Below, one piece after another: positions 58,601 through 64,000 of a stretch of DNA of 64,000 nucleotides. The first letter of the stretch is position 1. The number at the start of each line of letters is the position of its first letter. Source of the DNA: a virus; the IMG/VR virus record IMGVR_UViG_3300030329_000083, positions 1 through 64,000 of that record. One strand, written 5' to 3'. The position numbers and the translations under genes were made by a program. Under the pieces are notes generated by a model. It had not been told where the DNA came from, made no database searches, and saw only the letters and a program-made list of their open reading frames with translations.

Positions 58601-61059
58601 TATCTGATTTGTTTGACTTTAGTGGAGAGTTAAACTACGAGGCTGTAGATGGCACTATAAGGAAAGGAACTTTTGAAGAGTTACTTGGGAAGGTAGGAGA
58701 AGACGGTATGTTACCTCCTCAAACTCCTGAAGAACAAGGATTAGACATTCTATATGGCGATAGAGGCTTTACTCCTGAAGACATAGAAAGGGATAGACAA
58801 GCACTATATGGAGATACTACTACTGCTCGTAGAAATACTGGCACTATGGATGCTATAATGGCAGGAGTTAATAGAGATAAAAGTAGTGACACTGTTGGAC
58901 AACAATATGCTAAGTCGTTTTTTGGAGCAACTGATGCAATGAGAGGTTTAGTTGGTGATCCTACAGTATTTAATAATCCAGGAAATATTGAAGTAGGACA
59001 AAATTTTGCAGGTGAAATTGGGTCATATAATAACGGTAGGTTTGCAGAATTTGCTACACCTCAACTTGGTATTAGAGCATTAGCGTTAGACCTTAAAACT
59101 AAAGCTAACAGATACAATGGAGATGTAGAGCAAATGCTCTTAGACTATCTTGGTGGTGGTAGAGAAGGCGAAATAGAGCAAAGATATGAACAAGCTTCTG
59201 TAGAAAATAGAGATCCAAGAGGCTATGTAAATAGAGCTATAGAAGCGGTAGGAAACAGAAACGTAGATGTAAATGATATAGATCAAATGGTTTCTCTTGT
59301 TTCTAGCGTTATAGACTCTGAAAACACTAAAGTTACTGCTAGACATTATTTAGAGACACTAGGTCCAGAAGTTATTAAAGAAGGCATAGAGTTGGCTGAC
59401 CGACAGTACGACACAAGCCGAAGACTTGATTTTCCAACAGTTGAAACTCCTCCTTCTAGACCTTCTTTATCTGGAGCAGCTTTTGCAGGAGAAGGACCAG
59501 AACTATCCCCAACACCTAGTTTTGTAGCAGGGATGGATGCAGTTCCACAAGCAGGAGAAGCGATTGCTAATCTAAATGATCCATACACACCTCCATCTGG
59601 AGGAACTGGTGTTCAGGATGTAGCACCTCCTTATAGGGCTACTGGTTCTGGTGTTCAGGATGTAGCACCTCCTTATAGGGCTACTGGTTCTGGTGTTCAG
59701 GATGTAACTCCACAAGGAGAAGGGCGGTTAGGATTTGCACCTGCGGATTTTGGTGGACCTTCATCTAGAAGAGGTGGAGTAGGTAGATTTGGACCTGTAG
59801 AGTCCGAGTTTGATGATCCTGACAACATACTCTACGGAGATGACACAGATGGTGTTCCACTGGATGTAGGTGAGACTATAGGCAGACCTGAGATTGTAAA
59901 CAGAGTAGCTACGTTTGGTGGTCAACCTCCACGAAATTTATCAAACAGAGCAATGGCTCGTAAAGATGTAACGAGAGCGCAAGGAGTTCCACGCATAGGC
60001 ACTGAAGGTGGTTTTAGACCAGACGCTGCAACTACAACAGCACCAACAGTAGGTGAACCTCCAAGATTAAGCTATGGTGATTTTATGGAAGGAAGTCCAA
60101 AAGAATTTGGTGGTGAAATAACAGGTCAAGAGTCTGACAGATTTATAAGTCGCAGGGGTAGCGTACCGTTTGACGTAGGTGAAACTATAGATGCAAATAT
60201 GCGGAGTGATACACCAGATATATCTAGGTTTGAGCCACTAGGACAAACACAATTACCTTCATCTAGAAGAGGTGGAGCAGGACGTTTTCCTAATGTAGAC
60301 ACTCAAACTGAACAAGCGTTTAGTAGGTCTATTAGCCCTACTGTAGAGAAGGCAAGAAGAGATAAGCTAGTGTCTGCTCCTACTGAAGACGATAAAAAAG
60401 TTAAAGTAACAAGCAAAAAAGAAGAGCCTAGCTTTTGGGATAAGTATAGCAGAAAAGGCAGTGCAGGTGGTTTTGGTGATGAGTGGTCTGCTAGAGATTT
60501 CTCTGAAGTAGGACACATGAATCTTCAAGGTCTAGGCAAAGACAAAGATAAATCGGCTAAAGCCTTTAACGCAGGAAAGCTTGGAGGAGGAGAAGTTCAC
60601 TACTTTAGGTACAACACAGGTGGTGGAAATAATACTTATGTAAGCGAAGCTCAACTAAGAGACTATCTTAACAAACCTGCTAACTATGTATTAACAGCTA
60701 AAGATATAGCATCTTTTGATCCTACTACAGCAAAGAAAACGGTTCTTCCAAAGAAAGGTCTTTTAGGAGAAGAGAGGTATACGTATAAACAACCTGAAGT
60801 TACCACTACTCCTACTAAAGAAAAGACTTCTCAACAGCCAGTTTCAAACAATAATAAAAATAAGAAGAAAGACACTTATGATGCAGGAAAAGAAATGGCT
60901 AAGTTTAGAGCAGAACAAAAAGCTAGAGAAGATGCGCAGAAAAAGCAAAAAGATAAAAATGTTTATACAGGCGGTGGTGCAGGATCAGGCAGTGGTATTG
61001 CATTAAAGTCTGGAGGATTGGTGAAGAGGAGAGCTACTAAAAAGAAGAAGAAATCGTAA
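55630..61059 (+). CDS. Polyvalent virion protein, copy B: pre-toxin-like + ART-like + unknown + conserved core + NNPGNI muramidase-like domain
   Basis: DFVPIVGD..LGVVPVVGD; YHGT..LGEGYYFT..AEEYA..GYDSV; shared DPVSGNEVP core; NNPGNI..RFAEF..GIRAL. Confidence 0.65.
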   Translation: MAVNPQTQPNDLNTQTEEAMGLRGMAEKTIGKKATGVADFVPIVGDVLAAGDVVESAKKGDVLGTAVNTAAMALGVVPVVGDLAGKGLKAGLKAARTGKSPVRKLFDKLPKKEKDELPAQPDEDSLWGYHGTARERGPDEPFFDIGFARKQDQFLGEGYYFTIDPKVAEEYANMRALDLGGSAKTARNIEGQEAIKLMNDPKATHVGSAFTTNPSKAMITVDKAGNYVTPSSVMGGTDIYGNPISKGQNIARFNLSNLEKPFLVKTAADRKRLKENFQEIKDEGYDSVLFADFKDRSKQIMVFPEHIGKVTGDIAKDVGEVGTPKVPRVTTPKISNIDYQKKMAEFDKVDNVDDWQTNVEKYVEESRDVNPTIRTPELENSAKDLLDGKITREQHLDNIDKYKPVDPWDALPREPSSKATVFSLKSNQIEKGKFILPKEATKNLGVSKSSLKIGDKFNGRLDIPAYNKYDTWIVAGTSTAEKGVTHYAKAIHYKGVGDKPVRFAASQEMSKRIGTGVEGKTGYATVSGEIKNLNVEEIRELATKVLNDPEWTQVGFDPRRQGGFYVRNQKNKHVPVREADEVIQIGPLVLAKNATLDLTHKGFNKGGIVPMELQQQTQMAFMQEGGDVNRTGAMFVPESPEEEKEKPKQLGTVEEQAGLVQTEEEDPQMDVAFMQEGGLTDDGATIDPVSGNEVPTGSMDQEVRDDVPAMLSEGEYVVPADVVRFHGVKLFEDLRKEAKRGMAKMEKDGRVGGEPMSEEDFEGEELPFDVSELQTVGADRVRGMAEGGEVEGAIGPEIVSTGSQVYGEGARLRQNTGFEMKKYYEPSTGRVIVFPFFNGKPMSVIPDGFEPYSGQDKKPAQPQQTGGGRSDPPYKPFKPNEPRKFGFGSWSAQDYVDATDSTKSGLGKVASALIPFIGMSHASGRKYIEDVMDMEKNPAQLNPATGQKITDLDRIAMVRYYTNPPPPSVMQRLVRFVSGKQDLTEDDSYGLSDLFDFSGELNYEAVDGTIRKGTFEELLGKVGEDGMLPPQTPEEQGLDILYGDRGFTPEDIERDRQALYGDTTTARRNTGTMDAIMAGVNRDKSSDTVGQQYAKSFFGATDAMRGLVGDPTVFNNPGNIEVGQNFAGEIGSYNNGRFAEFATPQLGIRALALDLKTKANRYNGDVEQMLLDYLGGGREGEIEQRYEQASVENRDPRGYVNRAIEAVGNRNVDVNDIDQMVSLVSSVIDSENTKVTARHYLETLGPEVIKEGIELADRQYDTSRRLDFPTVETPPSRPSLSGAAFAGEGPELSPTPSFVAGMDAVPQAGEAIANLNDPYTPPSGGTGVQDVAPPYRATGSGVQDVAPPYRATGSGVQDVTPQGEGRLGFAPADFGGPSSRRGGVGRFGPVESEFDDPDNILYGDDTDGVPLDVGETIGRPEIVNRVATFGGQPPRNLSNRAMARKDVTRAQGVPRIGTEGGFRPDAATTTAPTVGEPPRLSYGDFMEGSPKEFGGEITGQESDRFISRRGSVPFDVGETIDANMRSDTPDISRFEPLGQTQLPSSRRGGAGRFPNVDTQTEQAFSRSISPTVEKARRDKLVSAPTEDDKKVKVTSKKEEPSFWDKYSRKGSAGGFGDEWSARDFSEVGHMNLQGLGKDKDKSAKAFNAGKLGGGEVHYFRYNTGGGNNTYVSEAQLRDYLNKPANYVLTAKDIASFDPTTAKKTVLPKKGLLGEERYTYKQPEVTTTPTKEKTSQQPVSNNNKNKKKDTYDAGKEMAKFRAEQKAREDAQKKQKDKNVYTGGGAGSGSGIALKSGGLVKRRATKKKKKS
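59606..59707 (+). repeat. 39-bp coding tandem repeat (GVQDVAPPYRATGS)
   Basis: Two full and one partial unit. Confidence 0.85.
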
Positions 61060-61128
61060 AGTAGTAGTGAGTACTACCTTATGGCTACTTGACCACTGCG
61101 GTCAACCCCAACAAAAGGAGTAATTAAA

Positions 61129-62001
61129 ATGGCAGAATTAGCAGAAGTACAACCAGTAAAAACGGCAGGGTTTGTAAGTCAACGTAAGACTAAAAACCAA
61201 GAACGCATTGAGAAGGATGAAAAAGAACTTCAAGACCTTGTTGAGCAAAACAATGAAGAAGTAACAAAAAATTCTAAAGCTGCGGATAAGGACGAAACAC
61301 AAGAGGAAAGTCTTAGCAAAGAAGAAGGCTCATTTAAAAAGCGATATGGCGATTTACGCAGACATATGGCAACTAAAGAGAAAGAGTTTCAAACTAGGAT
61401 AGAAACACTAGAAGGTCAGCTAGATAAAGCTACTAAGAATGAACTAGTTCTTCCTAAAACAAATGAAGAAATTGAAGCTTGGGCTAAACAATACCCTGAT
61501 GTTGCATCAATAGTTGAAACAATAGCGGATAAAAAAGCTCAAGAACGATCTAAAGATTTAGACGAGAGAGTGAAGCAGATAGAAGAAATGCGTTCTAGTG
61601 CTACACGAGAAAAAGCAGAAGCGGAGCTTGTAGCTTTACACCCTGATTTTGCTGACATAAGAGAATCAGACGAGTTTCACGATTGGGCAGAAGCACAACC
61701 TAAGTGGGTACAAGACGCTCTTTATGAAAACTCTGATGATGCTAAGTCTACAGCTAGAGTTATAGACCTTTACAAGTCAGATAAAGGTATGTCAAAGTCT
61801 AAGCAGTCAAATAAGAGTGCTGCGACTGCAATAAACACTCGTTCTAGTTCTTCTCCACCAACAGGAGATAAAAAAGGTAAATGGACTGAATCTCAAGTAG
61901 AAAAAATGTCTGATAGAGAATATGCAAAACATTCTGAAGAAATAATGGAATCTATTAGATCAGGAAATTTTGTATACGATATTAGTGGTGCTGCACGTTA
62001 A
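61129..62001 (+). CDS. Capsid scaffolding protein, copy B
   Basis: Homolog of 4707-5615. Confidence 0.7.
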   Translation: MAELAEVQPVKTAGFVSQRKTKNQERIEKDEKELQDLVEQNNEEVTKNSKAADKDETQEESLSKEEGSFKKRYGDLRRHMATKEKEFQTRIETLEGQLDKATKNELVLPKTNEEIEAWAKQYPDVASIVETIADKKAQERSKDLDERVKQIEEMRSSATREKAEAELVALHPDFADIRESDEFHDWAEAQPKWVQDALYENSDDAKSTARVIDLYKSDKGMSKSKQSNKSAATAINTRSSSSPPTGDKKGKWTESQVEKMSDREYAKHSEEIMESIRSGNFVYDISGAAR

Positions 62002-62008
62002 AAAACTA

Positions 62009-62036
62009 TTGACAATGTGCAATTTATCACTATAAC
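62009..62036 (+). promoter_or_regulatory. sigma70-type capsid promoter, copy B
   Basis: TTGACA-16-TATAAC. Confidence 0.7.
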
Positions 62037-62040
62037 TACT

Positions 62041-62206
62041 AGCATACGTCTGATTATGGATGTATGCTTTTCAAGCAAACGATACCCTAAAGCTTACCAA
62101 AGCCGTATGAGCCTAAAGCTTGAAGTGTAGCGCAACACTTAAATCTTTACACCTTATTAACGCTTTGCCCTTACTGAGTATGTTTAGCTTATAATCATAA
62201 GCCTAA
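62041..62206 (+). ncRNA. Structured capsid leader RNA, copy B (putative)
   Basis: Same stems as 5655-5820 with compensatory substitutions. Confidence 0.65.
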
Positions 62207-62229
62207 CCTATTTATAAGGAGGATTTATT

Positions 62230-63291
62230 ATGGCTTTTAAAACCGCTGCAGGTTACGGTAATTTACCTAACGGTAATTTCTCGCCAGTAATCTATTCTAA
62301 GCAGGTTCAATTAGCCTTTCGGAAAAAATCCGTAGTAGAGGAGATCACCAATAGTGACTATTTTGGTGAGATTTCTGCAATGGGTGATACCGTCAGGATA
62401 ATCAAAGAACCTGAAATCACTGTCAAAGAGTATGCTCGTGGCGCACAAATTACTCCACAAGACCTCGATGACGAAGACTTTTCATTAGTTGTTGACAAAG
62501 CAAACTATTTTGCATTTAAAGTTGATGACATTGAAGAGGCTCACTCACATGTCAATTTCGGTGAAATGGCATCTAATCGTGCTGCTTACAGACTATCTGA
62601 CCAGTTTGACCAAGAAGTTCTTGGTTATCTATCAGGTTGGAAGCAGTCAAGTTTAAGTTCAGTAGCTAGTGCCGCAAACACTACCGTATCTGGAACAAAA
62701 GCTGTCTCTAGTGCAGGATCAGACGAATTACTTGATTCTATGTTAGTTGACGCTGCCGATTTCAACGGTGGTACTGCAGGTGAATCTATTGTTGTTAAAC
62801 CTCGTGCAGGTGGTGATTCATTGAACACGACAACTGCTAACGCTACTCCTTTAGCTGTTATTGCAAGAATGTCAAGAAAACTTGACCAACAGTATGTTCC
62901 TTCAACAGACCGTTGGTTAGTTGTTGACCCAGTTTTTGCAGAGCTAATGAAGGACGAGGACTCAAGACTATTCCAATCAGATTGGGGTGGATCAGGGCTA
63001 CAAAACGGCTTGATTCTCAACAATGTGCATGGGTTTAAAGTCTATATGTCTAACAACCTTCCTGCTAAAGGCAACGGAGCAACTGGATCTACTTCTACAG
63101 GATCTACACACTTTGGTGTAATCTGTGCAGGTCATAGTTCATCTGTTGCAACTGCGGAGCAAATAAACAAGACCGAGTCTTATCGTGACCCTGACAGCTT
63201 TGCTGACATTGTTCGTGGTATGCACTTATATGGACGAAAGATTCTCAAGCCTGAGGCTCTATCTCGTGCATATTATGTATCTGGCTTCTAA
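62230..63291 (+). CDS. Major capsid protein, copy B
   Basis: Homolog of 5843-6916; near-identical ends, divergent middle. Confidence 0.9.
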   Translation: MAFKTAAGYGNLPNGNFSPVIYSKQVQLAFRKKSVVEEITNSDYFGEISAMGDTVRIIKEPEITVKEYARGAQITPQDLDDEDFSLVVDKANYFAFKVDDIEEAHSHVNFGEMASNRAAYRLSDQFDQEVLGYLSGWKQSSLSSVASAANTTVSGTKAVSSAGSDELLDSMLVDAADFNGGTAGESIVVKPRAGGDSLNTTTANATPLAVIARMSRKLDQQYVPSTDRWLVVDPVFAELMKDEDSRLFQSDWGGSGLQNGLILNNVHGFKVYMSNNLPAKGNGATGSTSTGSTHFGVICAGHSSSVATAEQINKTESYRDPDSFADIVRGMHLYGRKILKPEALSRAYYVSGF

Positions 63292-63303
63292 GGGAGATAA
63301 CTA

Positions 63304-63834
63304 ATGGCAACTTATGATATGACATCTTCAGATACCACTGGTGTATCTTCTAACTCTATAGCCGCTTTACCATCTCAAACTGGTATGGGTGCAATGCGAA
63401 TGATCCAAGCTTACTTGGACATTGACGCACTCGTAGCAGAGGGATATTCTGGTGCAAACGGTGACATCTTTCAACTACTTGAAATTCCTGCAGGAACATT
63501 AGTTCTTTTTGCAGGTGCTGAAGTAGAGAAAGCATTTACTTCTAGCTGTACCTTAGACATGGACTTTGCTGCAGGTGATGACATCATTGACGGTGCTGAC
63601 ATTACTTCTACAGGGTTCTGTGCCGAAGGTTCAAACGGACAGTCAAATGACGTTACTACTGGTGCTGCCTCAACATTCACTCAGTTTGTATCTACTACAG
63701 ATACGATTGACTGTTTGATTGCAGGTGCTGCTCCTGCTACAGGAAGATTACGAGTTTACGCTTGTGTAATCGACTGTAATGATGTAGGTGCATCAGGTAA
63801 AGCTGACACAGTTGACAGAGATCAACTAGCTTAA
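63304..63834 (+). CDS. Putative capsid decoration protein, copy B
   Basis: Homolog of 6930-7460. Confidence 0.55.
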   Translation: MATYDMTSSDTTGVSSNSIAALPSQTGMGAMRMIQAYLDIDALVAEGYSGANGDIFQLLEIPAGTLVLFAGAEVEKAFTSSCTLDMDFAAGDDIIDGADITSTGFCAEGSNGQSNDVTTGAASTFTQFVSTTDTIDCLIAGAAPATGRLRVYACVIDCNDVGASGKADTVDRDQLA

Positions 63835-63845
63835 ATTTACTAATG

Positions 63846-63873
63846 GGGAGGGCATTAAGTTGCCCTCTCTTTT
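63846..63873 (+). terminator. Rho-independent terminator, copy B
   Basis: gagggca-ttaagt-tgccctc followed by a T-tract. Confidence 0.75.
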
Positions 63874-63894
63874 ATAACATAATAAGGATTAATA

Positions 63895-64000
63895 ATGGCA
63901 GATACAGTTACAAGTCAAACAATAGTAAATACTCCCCACAAACTTGTGATGAAATTTACTAATACTAGTGATGGAACAGGAGAAAGCACTGTTAATAAAG
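63895..64000 (+). CDS. Hypothetical virion protein, 3'-truncated
   Basis: MADTVTSQTI..LVMKFTNTSDGTGES; AAGGA RBS; no counterpart after the copy A terminator. Confidence 0.6.
   Translation, partial: MADTVTSQTIVNTPHKLVMKFTNTSDGTGESTVNK

Noticed and set aside
53884-64000. Simple terminal redundancy or circular overlap of one genome
   Set aside because: The copies differ at many synonymous and non-synonymous sites and in domain and gene content

Overview
The whole window is phage DNA, with no host genes, rRNA, tRNA or CRISPR. It matches a marine HMO-2011-type podovirus, with an Alphaproteobacterial host inferred. The plus strand carries the morphogenesis arm (portal, a large internal protein, scaffold, major capsid, tail, a tail-fibre gene array, ejection proteins; 1-28.7 kb). 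The minus strand carries the early/replication arm (28.7-46.9 kb): MTase, class II RNR, MazG-like, T7-like endonuclease I, PolA with a DnaJ-type Zn finger, helicase, primase, tyrosine integrase, DUF932, GP88-like. An AT-rich divergent control region at ~46.9-47.55 kb is followed by lysis genes and terminase. From 53.3 kb a second, clearly diverged copy of the portal-to-capsid module appears, so the window is either two related genomes joined head-to-tail or a chimeric assembly. Comparing the two copies gives the strongest leads: (i) a covarying structured RNA in the capsid leader whose internal-loop motif recurs in the scaffold leader; (ii) a modular virion protein with a swapped muramidase and an optional ADP-ribosyltransferase-like cassette. 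Independent of the duplication: (iii) a ~2 kb early block packed with GANTC (CcrM) sites and bracketed by ATCCCAT..TGACCGT motifs; (iv) two cassettes of three translationally coupled 'GDLA' tail paralogs. All calls are by eye from motifs and synteny; no database searches were run.
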